Of a stretch of DNA of 64,000 bases, positions 1-14,445 are shown one piece after another. Source of the stretch: Trichoplax sp. H2 (Eukaryota); the NCBI GenBank assembly GCA_003344405.1, contig NOWV01000132.1, positions 124,001-188,000 of the forward strand, given 5' to 3'. The translations under genes were made by a program, and so were the position numbers. The notes under the pieces are model-generated. The model worked only from the letters and a program-made list of their open reading frames with translations, made no database searches and was not told the DNA's origin. Each line of letters starts with the position of its first letter. The stretch's first letter is position 1.

Positions 1-3000
1 GTAATTAAGAGATATAAAGAGAACAAGACAGGTACAAGCCAGTTATTTGCCACACAGTTCGTTGGATCAGTAGTATAATTTTGTCCTGGTGGGCAGTTTT
101 GACCTAGAAATAGAATAAATACAAAGTTACAACAGGGAAGACCGACATCTATTAGTAATGAGTTATTTCATAGTAATACAGTTCACTATCATGAAAGAAA
201 TATATCTCATAGAAGATTTATGGCCATTATATGATTCAGGAAAGTAGCTTTTCCCCCACGACTAATATTGGACTATTTTTATACCATTAGCAGAATTCAA
301 GATGGCTTTAAATTATAATATCACCACTTTTCTATTTGTCATAGAACGCTACATCAAGTTTGAGATACTAATACAGTAATAGTTCTCATTTTACGTTTAA
401 TTGATTATATAATTATTAGTAAGTTATAAAAATATAAAATTCATATTTGGCATAACATTCACTAGGCTATAGAAACTAGAATTTCACGCTAGCATGATCT
501 TACGTTGTAACTAGGGCATAGTTGTGAGCTTTGTATCTGCTAGATGGCAGCAAACTCTTGACTTAAAAGTAAATTAATTTTCCTATATAATATTTTTACA
601 CTAATAATTATATATTGTACACGTATATTGCATAGCCTGATAAAATATAGAAGTAGTTCTCACTTTACGCTTGACTGATTAAAAATATCATTTTTGCTAT
701 CGAATAGTGCGTTGCAGATATATTTGCCGCAATGTTAATTAAGCTGACATAATCCTACGCCTTAACTGCTGCGTAATTGTAAGCTTTGTATCTTCTAGAC
801 AGCTACAAACTCTATACACAAAATCCTAATTTTTATATTACACATATTTATACGGTATATATTATATATTGTACTGTATATTGTATAGCCTGATGAAATT
901 TAGCATTAGTTCATACTTTTCGCTCGATTAATTACAAATCTCCAATTCATATTTGATACCGAAAAGCAAGTTGCAGTATAAATTTAACCGTAATGCAGAA
1001 TTAATTGGGCTGTACAAACTAGACTCTCGAGCTAGCATAATCCTACGTCGTAACTATGCGGCTGTTAGGCTGCAGATGCTAAAATAGATAGCATTAAATC
1101 CTTTGCTGAATGTCCTAGATATTGAAATGCCTCTAAGGCGTTGTAGTTCCTACCGTTTAACTTAGATTCTCACGCCAACTGGAAATTTTTTTACTTTATG
1201 ATATATTAGAGTAAAAATTCCTACAAAAATTGGACATTTCTACACTTAATTAATCTCAGACTAAATACAGTATATCTAATTTTTTCACCCAAGTACATCC
1301 TTTACTGCGCTTTGTAAGCAAATATGCTGGCGATGCATATACTAGATGCTGCATAAGGCGACATGGATTAATGAACTCAGCTATACACAATCAATCTATA
1401 GAATAGTTTTATAATTCATAGTGAGAGATTTTCTCTTGCCTTACCTTGAATTTCAGCCAAGAATAGTTCACCATAGATATTAAAATAGGGTATATAGAAT
1501 ATTTTCTGAATTATAGTAGCATTAAAAGGATAATTAGGATGAAGTATAGCGTGACTTGATACACCATATGCTACCAAAAAGACGCCCAAAATAACCACGA
1601 AGAAGACCAAATCGCTTAACTAGTTGAAATTGATCAAATGGGATAAAATAAGCTGCATTAATACCGTTTAAGTCATTGCCTATTATTACAAGTGTTAATA
1701 CTATAGCTAATCAATTTTTCTTTTAAACGCGGTAACATTTACCAATGAGATAACGCATTTTAATAAATAGAAAATCTTACCATTTTCTTAATCATCACTA
1801 ATAAAGGCCCAAAATGGATACTAACGGAATAGATTTGTAGCACACGTAAACAGTAAATTATAAAGCCAAGACAGTAAATTATTCGCCCAGTTTCTCGAGT
1901 TTGCTCGAAGAAGCGCAAAACTATAGCCGTAATAACGAAAGCCAAAGCTACCACATCGGCAATATTCCATAAATCCGATAAGTAACTTGCTAACTTTTTA
2001 GAAAATGTTTCAGCTTCTGATCGGATGAGCTACGTGAAATAATAAAGTTTAAAATCGATGACTAAATTTTCCATTATTTACGGAGAAAATGATAATATAT
2101 AAATTCTGCTTTTAATAATTCTATTCAATACTGCAAGAAACTTCTTCTTCATTAACATACGATGGAAAAGCATATTAATTGAATGTAAATAATTGAAATA
2201 ATTTTCTAACCTGTCTTAGTTCTTCCACAAATAGACTAAAAGTCCATACAATTAAAATATATTCAGCAGCACCAGGATAAGGTGAACGAAAGTCGGATAA
2301 AATCATGTATGCATAGAGAATGATGAAGGAAAAGAAGGAAATCTATGCAAAGAATTGACCAAGAATTAAAGTGTTAATTCTGTTTTTGTTAATAATCAGA
2401 TATAAACTATACAATTGAGATATGAAGTCTTTCATGCACATCTTCTATATCACCAAATAGCTCAATATTAATCTAGTCAAGGCATTTGTTAATGTTGCTA
2501 TAGCTTTTGAATGCTTAGACTTGCTAAATTATCCTCTTTCGGTTATAAAACGAACATAGTATATATACAATATAAACAGTATCATTTCTTATTCTGAATA
2601 AGGGTGTTTAAGCGAATACCATTTAGAAAATTACTAACAATGGTATAACTTACAGAATTTATTGTAAATTTAGTTCTTGGTGACTTGTAGAATGCCGGAA
2701 TGCGTTTAAAATTGCATAATTGGCCCTTTGAACTTGAGCCTCGAGTAACAATCACAGCTTGAGCCTGTTGTTCTGCGCTGTCGCTAATCTCTTGATCTGC
2801 TAATTCAGCTGCAACTAATTCTACATCGGTAGGATTCTGAGCTTCATTCGGGTTTGGTTTTGCGGCTAGTCGTATACTTTTCGGTTTATGATCGATATTG
2901 GACCGAAATCGAACATAATTAGTTGATAAAAGAATCACTGGTAAGCAAGTAGTAATTGTTACCTAGAATGCAAGAAAAAAAGGTATACATTTGAATAAAA

Positions 3001-6000
3001 ATAGCACCTTAAAAATTGAAATAATAAATCATTGATATAACTGCCCAGTTTGGATTATAAATCATAAAAGTGTTTCTATACTACAGCTAAAAATTGGTCC
3101 TAATCTATTTCGATTCTTACTATCCACGATGCCGTATCTCCTTCTATATCACCATTCCATAAGTTATTGAGTAGAGCTTGACAACAGCGATGAGCAATAA
3201 AAATCTCACTGTGTGCATTATCGGCTAGAGCTAAACAAGTTGTATCGCCCCATCTTGGTAAAATCTTTGTTAATAATAACATTGCGTTTTCTTCGTTGGT
3301 ATTATAACATTCATTCATAACGCCAATAGATAATTCTTCAAACTCGCTATATAATATATACAAAATGTCAATATGAATGCAAGTCGGATTACAATTAAAA
3401 AATTATATTTTAATGGACTATTAATACTCACTTTGCAGTTTGTGATAAATCTGCTGCTACGTCGCTGGATGAAACATTTTCAGCTGAAGCAGCCATTCTA
3501 TCGAATAATGTATAGGCAACAAGAGCTGCAGCAATAGGGTTATGAAGCTTTTGCCATAGATAGAATGCCATTTCAGGTCGATTTCTTAATACTGCCCATA
3601 TAAAAATATGTTGGTATGGATCTTCAAATTCTCTGTTTGCCCTTTTGTCATCATCTTCGTCCGAGCTATCAGAGTCATAGACTTGGACATCGCAATCTGC
3701 TTCATCTTTTCCAGTTACTGTTTGCTCATTATATTCTTCTTCATAAAATACGTAAGGATTTGTGAATCCTCCACCAATAAGATTACCAATTACTTTACCC
3801 ACAGCATACAAGCAGATTTGCTGATCATTCTAAAGACATTCAGTATCCAGTATACAGATTAATAAACTATTACGTGCATTCACGTTTGTATCCATTGGAA
3901 TAGGTACAGTATACTCCGTTATATTCAAGTAGAAAGTAGTAATTCTATTATGACTGAACTATTGCAAGAAGTAGCAAAAAAATTCATAAGACTAACACAT
4001 GTGATATTGTATACAAACATAATGTATCTTAACCTCGTAACTCACCTTATGATTGCGTCTATACTCGTTGAGAAGCTGATTAAATAAGGAGAATTTCGGA
4101 AACTAAAGGATAAGTTTATTTATTAGATGATCATCAAATTATTATAGTATATGAGTAAATTTTCATATAAAACTATCACAAGATGGTTAAAATTGCTTGA
4201 GAAGACAATTATGCGTGTTATGTGAAAATGGCTTACCGATTGATACAATTCTTCAAGTCGCTTCTTTGTCAAGAATTCGTTCAAGTCCAAGCCATGTCCA
4301 ATGAATAGCTTTACAAAATCAACGCGATTATCGACTAAGGCGGTCATCATGGCAGTTTCTAAATCTTTAGACTATGAAAGAAATTATTGCTTCTGTGTTA
4401 ATTAATCAAAGTTGATCGATGATTATATAGTCAACCATTTCGTAGTACATCAGATATAGAGCATGAAATTGAAATAACAGCGCTATCCTGTAATTTTACT
4501 GTACATTTAGTAATAAACCATACCTTCCATTTTTTACCACAGAATATTCTATCTCTAGCAATATCTATTTTATTCCACGTTAAAGCTAAATTTAACTGAG
4601 TCTTTTGGGAGGATGGATTAGCTGTTTGAGAACAAGTTAGATATCTGGATTAGTATAAAATTTTTTGACAGCCTTGAATGCCAACATTTGACGACATTGG
4701 AGATATACTTATTGCAGACAGACAACATGCCACTATTCGATATAGTGGTATTGCATTAATTATACCTTTCATTAGAGCTTCCAAGATTGCTGCATCAAGA
4801 TCTCCATCTTCCGCGTGATAAATAGTCAACTATCAATGATGATAAAATACGTAAGATTACGATGAATTTGATTTATCTGGCCCTTTATAAACTTTTGAAG
4901 TTAGGCTAAGTCAATGAATAATTGTAGTATATGTATATGAACGAGTATATATGTATATACCATGGATTTTTTTTGTAGGCATTGCTTAACTTGTCGTAGA
5001 CAATTCATACAAGCAACTTCATTTTTTTCTTGAGTCCAATTAAATTCCTGATATATTTTCTCTACCACTTCATCTTCAAATTCCGGTATTAAATAGTGAT
5101 TTTCAACCCTAAAAAATGAATATTAACGTAGACAGAGAAGATAAGATTTATAATCCTAGCGATGAGAATCAAAGTTAATCAATAGGATTGGATTCGAGAA
5201 GAGATGCTCAAAAACTATATCTTGTCATGCAACATTGGAAAAGGAATTGAAAATATGGCAAAAGCGATTATAAAAATGATCTACTTAAGATTGTAGCCGA
5301 CAGATATTCATTTTGGTAATATACGATTAGTAAGAAAGCCTATGCTTCAGTAAGTGGCAGTAACTTACTCTTCGTTGTTAATATTCTTTTCTACCACAGC
5401 ATAGGTATGATTATAGGCATAAGCTAAGATGTTGGCAGCTCGACCACTGCCTGCAACCACAACACCAGGTGTATTCTGCTCGATAGCAGCATGGACTGTC
5501 GCCATAGTATTTGGTCCACCTTCCAAAACTACACAAACGACTGGTATTCTGAATCCGTGATTGCCAACAACTAGCAGATTGAAAAAGAGATGGGTGCAAG
5601 TTATTAATCTATCTTATCAATAATTTAGTTGGATAATTTAGTTTATCGTTAAGTATGGCAATAGATGGCTATATAGAAAAAGTGATGAATTTCAAATAAT
5701 TACATTTATAGGTGTGCATTTTCTGCTCAGAAATGGTTTGTTCAAGCTTGGAGCGGAGCCCAATTTCAGCACCAAATCGACCTACGGTGCCGTCATCGAC
5801 TAAGATGAAATGGGTATGATTTGGATCCAGCGGTGCTCCAATTTCTCCACTACGAAATTGAGATCGATAGCGGACTGGAAATGATCCCTAGCATCCATTT
5901 TATAATTAAATTTATCAACAGGAATCCCATTTATATTTAAATATTTACAGAAGTAAGAGATAATCTCGTCTTAATTTCCTTTTTTCTTTCTAGTTAAAAG

Positions 6001-9000
6001 TATTAACATTGATGTTTCAATCCATATTTTATACTAGTTTCACAGTATATAAGTTAATTTTATTCCCTATTTCTTTTCCTTTAGAATTAGAATGATAAAT
6101 ATTGATCTTTCTTTACTTTACTATCCACTGGCATGTAGGAAAATCTCACTCTCGTTACTATCCTTCTAAATTAAATGATTTTTAACATGGATTTCAAGTA
6201 TTATCCACGGCTTATGTAGCGTAGGCTAAGGTTATTCTACAGTATAATTCTTCTATTTTGAAATTAAGTTTAATCTTTCTCTATTTTATATCTATACAAG
6301 AAGGCATCATTCTCTACTACGTTTAAAATGAAAGGCTTTAACACTAATCCGATACCGTGGTATTTTAACGATCTATATAAAGTAATACGCATATCATTTT
6401 CTATTTCTTCTGCTTCAAAATTAAAGGTGTTAACATATGATTCCCCATATTCCTTCAATTTAGAAATTAAAGGTATTAACATTGATTCTCTGTATTTTAT
6501 ACCGCTTATAAAGAAAATCTCATCCTACACTACATTTGAAATTAAAGGTATTAGCATTGATCCTGGGTATTTTCTACGACTCAATATATTATAAGCTACT
6601 GCCATTCTCTATTTCTTCTACTTTAAAATTAAGGTCATCAACATTGTTCTTTCTATTCTTTGCTACCTACGTAAAAATTTTCTCATTCTCTTATTCTTTT
6701 AACTTAAAATTATTAGCATAGATCTTTCTATTCCTTGCTATCGTACATGAAAATCTCATTATTTCTATATATAAACTGGATGAAATGGATCATGATAGAA
6801 TCTCGNNNNNNNNNNNNNNNNNNNNATATTTTATACTAGTTTCACAGTATATAAGTTAACGTTATTCCCTATTTCTTTTCCTTTAGAATTAGAATGATAA
6901 ACATTGATCTTTCTTTACTTTACTATCCACTGGCATGTAGGAAAATCTCACTCTCGTTACTATCCTTCTAAATTAAAAGATTTTTAACATGGATTTCAAG
7001 TATTTTCCACGGCTTGTGTAGCATAGGCTAAGGTTATTCTATAATTCTTTTATTTTGAAATTAAGTTTAATCTTTCTCTATTTTATATCTATACAAGAAG
7101 GCATCATTCTCTACTACGTTTAAAATGAAAGGCTTTAACACTAATCCAATACCGTGGTATTTTAACGATCTATATAAAGTAATACGCATATCATTTTCTA
7201 TTTCTTCTACATTAAAATTAAGGTCATCAACATTGTTCTTTCTATTCTTTGCTACCTACGTCAAAATTTCTCATTCTCTTATTCTTTTACCTTAAAATTA
7301 TTAGCATAGATCTTTCTATTCCTTGCTATCGTACATGAAAATCTCATTATTTCTATATATAAACTGGATGAAATGGATCATGATAGAATCTCGCCTTCCA
7401 TCTACAAAACATGTATCTACAGTAGCGCTTGTATACGAAATGCCGCACTGCAATGGTGAATTAAGCAACTCTTCTCCGCTCAGCATAAATGCAAGAAAAA
7501 AGTAAAATACAGCAAACAATCTATTATAGAAGAAGACCAACCTCTGCATCAACAAGCTCATGCTTTCCTAATACAGTTCCCCAAGTTGCAATGCCTATAG
7601 CAACTAAATTTTCTCCTCCTTCGCCAGACCGAATAAGTGAGCTATCACGCACGGCTTGGCCAACATATTTCATAACACCAGAATGGCTACCACCAGAAAT
7701 AATATAAGCGCCAGTAGATTGAGCGGCTTTCATTAAACCACGTCGGAAAACTTCCCTTATTTTGGGCACTAATTTAAATTTCTGCGCTCCACCAGTAACA
7801 GAAATGACAAGATTTGGTTTACGTAAACCCCAGTAATCTTGCAATAGTCTTAGTATCATGGTCGGATCGGTATCATCTTTAACTCTAATAAACTGTATGT
7901 ATACATACAAGCATAGACTTAGTCAAATTTTTATGAAATAGTTCATTGAGGTATTCATTAGCCCAATTTATACATCAAAATAATCAAGGAGTCGAAAAGA
8001 GGGATAGTATTATTGTAGATTACTTTTGCACGTTCCATTCGCTGTTGACAATTGGCAAAGAAATCAATTTCGCCATAAGCATCGGTTGGTTTTGGCACAG
8101 TATGAAATTTTGAATTCCATCTTTCTTCGGATAGAACACTTTCCTGCATATGTTCTGTTCCATGCCACGATTCAACTCTTCCACAGGAGCAGCGTTTAAT
8201 ACTATGTTAGAAAAGTGATGGAAAATAAGTTGGTGTCTATCGTACGTAAGAGTAACAATGTTGTTCAAAATACTCGATAAATAGAGCGAACTTACTCAGA
8301 TGGATCATTTTTCCAGTTTTTACCCTTAATAAATTTATTACATTCTTTCTTTCGAAAATTTCGGACAATAAAATGCTTTACTTTCGCCTAGATGGTGTTG
8401 AAAGAATGTAAAATATTTGTTGTTGAGTGTTAAAGAATCGTGTTATTTAAAATGAATCTTGACTACTCATGCTTTATTCTGCTATAAGAATATTATACAT
8501 AGCCCTAAGAATGTACCCTGTACTATTTGCATCAGTCTACTTTTAATATGCTATCCTATGAAGATTCATCTATGGTCGGGGAAATATACAGGATGCAATA
8601 CTTGATGGGATAGAAAATATGGCCATATGGTTGTCTAAAAGATCGATTTTAGGACGGTGTAAATCTCCAAAATACACCCTCTACTCGTATATTGGTGTAA
8701 TGGCGTAGAATGCATGTTACGGATCTCGTCAATATAAGATGATTTGAACTACATCTATAAGGAATTCTTGTAGTGCAAGGTTATAATCCAGTCTGCATAG
8801 AGTCTAAAGTAAAGTTTACATTGAAAGCTATTTTGGTGATCTAAAGGCGTTATTTTGATCTATTTAATGTCCAAGAATGGATAATCTCTACTAGGATATC
8901 TTCTAAAAAGAAGACTTATGTTGAAAGAGAAAAGGAAATCCATTACTATTGATATTGCGGCGTGTAAGGTTAATCGAAACCCTTTCATGTGTTATACTCA

Positions 9001-9249
9001 TATCGATGGAATAGTATACTCGCAACATTGGATGGAAACATGCAGTGTGATTAACAACTACAGAATTGAATTTGGATGCAATAATTTGAAATTGATTATG
9101 ATTAATCTTACATTGGCAATTTGTTTTCCGGCCATAGTATCAATAAAATTCAATGTACTTGTCGATGAAGTTCTTCGTCGACTGCTAGAACTCCTTTGTC
9201 GGCCATGAGATGGGCCTGGTGACGGTTCTATTCTGTCTAATCGCTTCAT
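1..9249 (-). CDS. TRPM cation channel, TRPM2-like (multi-exon; 3' end runs off the window start)
   Basis: Spliced exons give TRPM MHR motifs ([76 protein letters not shown]), S2/S3 (FVEELRQ; WNIADV), S4-S5 ([23 protein letters not shown]), pore ([10 protein letters not shown]) and the pre-S6/S6 exon at 1..103 ([20 protein letters not shown]). Putative ATG 9249, first donor at 9111. Confidence 0.93.
370..1060. repeat. About 3 degenerate ~260-270-bp tandem units in a TRPM intron
   Basis: Recurring blocks agttctca(c/t)tttacg(c/t)ttgattgatta at ~381, 654, 908 and (c)tagcataatcctacg...taact at ~489, 747, 1032. Confidence 0.65.
6026..7392. repeat. Direct duplication on either side of a 20-N assembly gap (6026..6805 vs 6826..7392)
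   Basis: Both copies start atattttatactagtttcacag and end gatagaatctcg. They differ by scattered substitutions and a ~210-bp indel. N run at 6806..6825. Confidence 0.9.
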
Positions 9250-10339
9250 TTCGGCTGGATGATTAAAACTAAAACAGTGATTGAAAAATTCATGATTACC
9301 ACCTATGTTATTGCTGTTTTATATCCTTATTAGAATATCTATCCTACACCATAATTATAAGTTGAGTACGTTAAAAAATATTATTGAAATACTTGATATT
9401 CATTAATCGTTTCTTTTATTTTATAGTATCTTAACATCGATAGTATATCGAATTAAATGCTAGAGAAAGTTTTGAATCGCTCATGGCTATGATGGTAAAA
9501 ATTATAAAAAATTAGACTATCATATGGGACTATCTAAAAGAATTACAGTTGTGTGATGTATATGACTTTATCCTATTGGGTAGGAATGAAGCGATGATCG
9601 ATTTCATCATTATTATTATCATTAACTTCTATCCACTATAAGCACACTTGATGTTGACTATTTCTTGATCATTTAGTCACACTAGTAATCACCTTGATTA
9701 AAGTTTGTTTAATTACCATAAAAGTCATTAAACAAGCAATAGGTAGTATCACTCTAATAGTATTATTATCTAGATGATGATGTATTCCATCATCAATACA
9801 TGACTTAAAAGAAATTGGAAGAATCAAATAAGATGATCATCGTCTTACTGGATCAATTCTTTTCCTCTTGTTGATTCTCTATCCTTCAACAAGTATAATA
9901 AGATTAATCAACTCGTTATCCACCATCGATCGACTTACCTTATTCGACTCTCTTGCTATTACCTTAATGAATAGTATTTTACCCCCCTAACGACAATTAT
10001 CCACTTGTAATCATTTCAGTCTGTGAAATGATGGAAGATTGATTGTCGAATTGCAGTAGAAATGGCGTTTGACGTAATTGAAAAGGGTGCTAATATTAGA
10101 GAGATTGGTTGGAAGAGTAGAGTTTAGTCTGATTAACGTTGGTACTTAGTAGTAGGGTCTTAAACCTTGGCAATCAAGTAATACTGATCAAAGTATTGCT
10201 GAAGAAACTAAATGATAGCTTGTTGATCAAGGCTTGCCTTGTCATGATTGGATCATTTGTTTATACAATGTCTTGTCTTTTTCCGCATGATGTCGTCATG
10301 GTTGCCAAGGAGATTCCAGCTGTTAGGTCTAAATATTCT

Positions 10340-12760
10340 CTATCAAGTAAGTCAAGTTCTCGTACTCGAGTCCTGTTATAAGCTAGTAGTAGAAGATTTT
10401 CTTTTTCTTGTCTCTAGTTATACCTTGACGTGGATATTAAAATTGTCTATAGTCCTCGTTAATCATTAGCGTAGTCACATCAATTGGATGGCAGCAAGTG
10501 GTTTAAGGACATTGCCTAGCACTATCAAGCTGTTGATTATTGAATGGCATTAGCGGCCACTTGAAGATTTTCTCCTAGTCTATGATAGACTGAGCCGCTA
10601 TACGAAAATAGGACTAGTATGCATGAATGAATTAGTTTTTATCGTCAGTTGGAAAGAGTTTTTATGTTCACAAGCATAGAATAATAATAATACGTTATAA
10701 GCAAGGTAATGAATGATCTCGATCAAGCAAGTAAAGTTGTTTATGCTCGTCCTAGAGTCCTATTATAGACTACTAATAGATAAAGTTTCTTTTTCTTGTC
10801 TCTAGTTATACCTCTATGTCGAGAATGCAATCTATTGAGTTAAGGATATGCAAATTGTGTCTAGTCTTCTTTGATCGTTACTGTAGTCCAGTTATAGGCT
10901 GCTAATTAAACGTTTTCTTTTCCTTGTCTCGAGTAATACATCGACGTAATGGATGCAATCCATTTCGTCTTGGACATCAAAATTGTGTCTAGTCCACTTT
11001 GATCGTTAATGTAGTCATCACTATTTGGCTGTAGGAAGTATTTAACGCGTTATAGTCTTCTAGTAGTACTGATTTGTTGATCAACGAATGATATTAGTCT
11101 AGAATATAGTTGGACAGAGTTTTACGTTAACATCATGGCTATTAGTATACGATAATAATAGTACGGCATCAACAGGGTGATGAATGATTTCTATCTAGCA
11201 AATAAAGCTGCTTATACTTATTCTAGAGTCCTGTTATAGACTACTCGTAGAAGGCTTTCTTTTTCTTGTCTCTAGTTATACCGTGATGGAGTGAATACAA
11301 TCTATTTAGTCATAGACATCGAGATTCTGTATAGTCCTATTTGATCATGACTATAGCCCTATTACTGTATAGACTGTTAATCGAAGACTTTCTTGTCCCT
11401 AGTTCTACCTTGACATAGCGGATGCAATCCATTTAGTCTTAGAGCTATTCGATCTGTACTCATACATAACAGTGCTGGTTTATTGATTAAGAAATGATAT
11501 TGGTGGCTACTCGAAGAGTTCTCCTACTCTAGGAAATAATTATATTAATTATAGACTGTACCGGCATAATAAAATAGAAGTAGTATGCTTAATTGAATTA
11601 TCGTAGTTGTTATCATCAGTTGGAAAGAGTTTTACGGTAAAAGCGAGGTAATGAATGATCTCTATCAAGCAAGTAAAGTTTTTTCTGCTCGTTCTAGAGT
11701 CCTATTATAGACTGCTAATAGAAAAAGTTTCTTTTTCTTGCCTCTAGTTATACCTCCACATCGTGGATGCAATCCATTTAGACAGGGATATCGTAATTCT
11801 GTTTAGTCCTCTTGGATTAATAATTAGAATTGACTGCGGGGAGTGTTTTACACACCAGAGTCGCCAAGTAGTGCTAATTTGTTGATTAAGGTTAATGAAT
11901 GATATTAGCGGCCACTTGAAGATTTTCTCCTAGGCTATTATAGACTCTACCAGCATATGAAATAGGACTAGTATTCTTGAATAAATTATTGCGTGGACAA
12001 CTAGAATAATTTCTTCTAGTCTTTTATCGTCTCTCTATATTAACCTTGTGCTACTTGTGTCTATATAGGTAACTATTGGTATATTACTACTGCTGATTAG
12101 CAAATGATATTATCAGCCATCTAAAATTTTTTCTAGTCTTTTACAGATTGTATATCAAAATAGAGCTAATAGTCGCTGATAAACTATACTACCAGCGACT
12201 AGAAGGTTTTCTTCTAGTCTTCCATCGTCACTTAGAAAGAGCTTTACACTAGTATCATGGGTATAAGTGTAGAATAGTAGCCTATATTAGATGATAACGA
12301 TAGCATTCAATATTGGAAGTATTTCACGATGTATTGCAGTCCAGTCGTACTGTCATGTCGTCGATCAATGACTGACATCATAGGCCATAGGAAGATCTTT
12401 CTCCTGGTCGTTTATATGCTGTAAATGAAAGTAGGACTAGAATAAGGAGTAGCATAAGCGACTAGAAGATTTTCTCCTAGTCGTATTAGTTGGAAAGGGT
12501 TTTGCGCCAATATTATGGATCAAAGTGTAAAATAACTGTACGAGGTGTATAGCACAAGATTTTCTTCTAATCATCTATGGTGTGCAGTTCCAAAGGGATT
12601 AACGTTAAGATCGTAAGCGAAAGTGTAAGCATACATAAAGTATTTTACGCTACATGGCTGTCTAATGGGTTTTATCAACGAAAAGGTTTTCTTCTAGTCT
12701 CTTATGGTCAGTTAGTAAGAGCTTCCGACTAAGATTATGATTCTAAGTGTAGAGAAAGCA
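10340..12760. repeat. Degenerate composite tandem repeat region upstream of the TRPM coding start
   Basis: agagtcct(a/g)ttatagact...ttctttttcttgtctctagttatacc recurs at ~10368, 10753, 11225 and 11696. Other recurring blocks: gaagattttctcctag, aatgaatgatctc..tcaagcaagtaaag, tcagttggaaagagttt. Confidence 0.75.
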
Positions 12761-14445
12761 TTAGACCCTTTCGAGAAGCGCTGCAAGTGCATTAAAACAA
12801 TTTTATGATTCATAGCAGTCTATTGGCTAATATTCCATATTAATTACGGTAATTAGTGGATGATATAATTGCCGGCTAAAGAATTTGAAGACTTTCTTCC
12901 ATTCTTGTACACGATATCCTCCATATGAAAATGGGACTGATACTGGCTAAGGTTTACTTCTAGCCTTGCATGCGGAGACAGAAAGAGTTTTATGCAAGTT
13001 TCATAGGTAGAACGGAAGTATAGCATTAGTGTATAAAGTAACATGGCAGTACTCTTTGCTATTCTAATTTATACGGGTCTATACTGTACTCTTGGATAGA
13101 TTAGCTCTAATCGATAACTAGAAGCCGTATAAAGAGTTGGATAAGATCAAGATAATACCTTAAAAACTAAACTCTTTAATCTCGTTAAAGGCCTGTGATG
13201 ATATCTATAAAATGAGTCTACGACTACTGAAAGTTGTACTGTGTAGATTACTACTGTCTTGTAGCGGAGTCTGTGATCACTGCTAAAAGTATAAAAAAAC
13301 CTGTCTATAGAGAAATGTAGCCAAGTAAGTCTCTTATGATTGTCCTTAAAGCGAGACTGTAAGCATGAAGGACCTCTTACCGTATGCAAGATTTCTTATT
13401 ACTATTCTTAAAGTAATTCCGTTACCATTCGTTTATTGCCCCTTCGCTCAGTGGGCCTTAGGCAAGCTTGTAACGACTGAGAATCTCTTTTAAAGTATCC
13501 CAGATATTCTATTACAGTTGTTATAAAGAGACTGGGACAAGTGAGAATTTCTTAAAGTAATCAAGTAATATTTCTACGGTCTAGGAAAACCAATTGTGGC
13601 TCAATGCTATGCAGACTCTTTCATTTTACCACAACTTTACTCCTATAGCCGTTAAAAAGTTCAATCCTAAAATAGAAGATTGGAAGCCAAGATCATCAAA
13701 AATGAGCAATGTACTTTGTTTTAACCCATAGCCTCGCATGAATGATTAAACCTGTCCATTCTACGTAGAAAGACTTATGGATCTCTCCGTTAAGAGAAGA
13801 GTTCCATGGGCATGATATCGATTGGGTGTACTATGCATCAATTATGACCGCTCAATACGAGTAAATAACAATTCTTGACACTCTATTAAGGCATAGAGAT
13901 CCTGTGATTCAATCTCAGTCAGTAGTTTACACGAGAATATTACTCAAAATTGCATCTTTAATTAAGAAAGAAAGCAAAACAGAACATCAATTAATGATTT
14001 ACATCACTCCTACCTCATGCTTAATACTTCCTGTTGGATTACTTTCGATAGCCGCAAATAGGATACTAATTAGTTCTACTATTGGTGTTTGGAGCTATGC
14101 TAAAATGGCAACGCTACTCCATTTATTTCAGTAGCAGAATGATCTCCAATGAATAATTTGTACGCGTTAATTCTGTTGGCCGATCCAGCGCTGCTACTCT
14201 AAGTTAAAAATGACAAATATGTGGAATATTTATTTATACACTAGCGTAATTGACAATAATCTATCCATTTCGACCGGCGATTAATAGACTATCAGGTTGT
14301 ATAAACAAATGGAGAAGCGCATTAATAGCCATTATGAGAGCCAACTATTGAGATCAGAAGCAGCCGCTATGGTAGACAAAAGCAACAAAATTGTTTATTG
14401 TTGACATTCTTTATTAAACTTAATGGAAGTTAAGCGCTAATTGCA

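Noticed and set aside
1305..1382. Possible extra TRPM exon in the pore loop
   Set aside because: The flanking exons (…EIQG to QNCPP…) already join in frame, and the peptide has no TRPM similarity.
12850..14140. Short ORFs in the TRPM-SPAG16 intergenic region
   Set aside because: No recognisable domains, no consistent splice chain, and no transposase or RT motifs.
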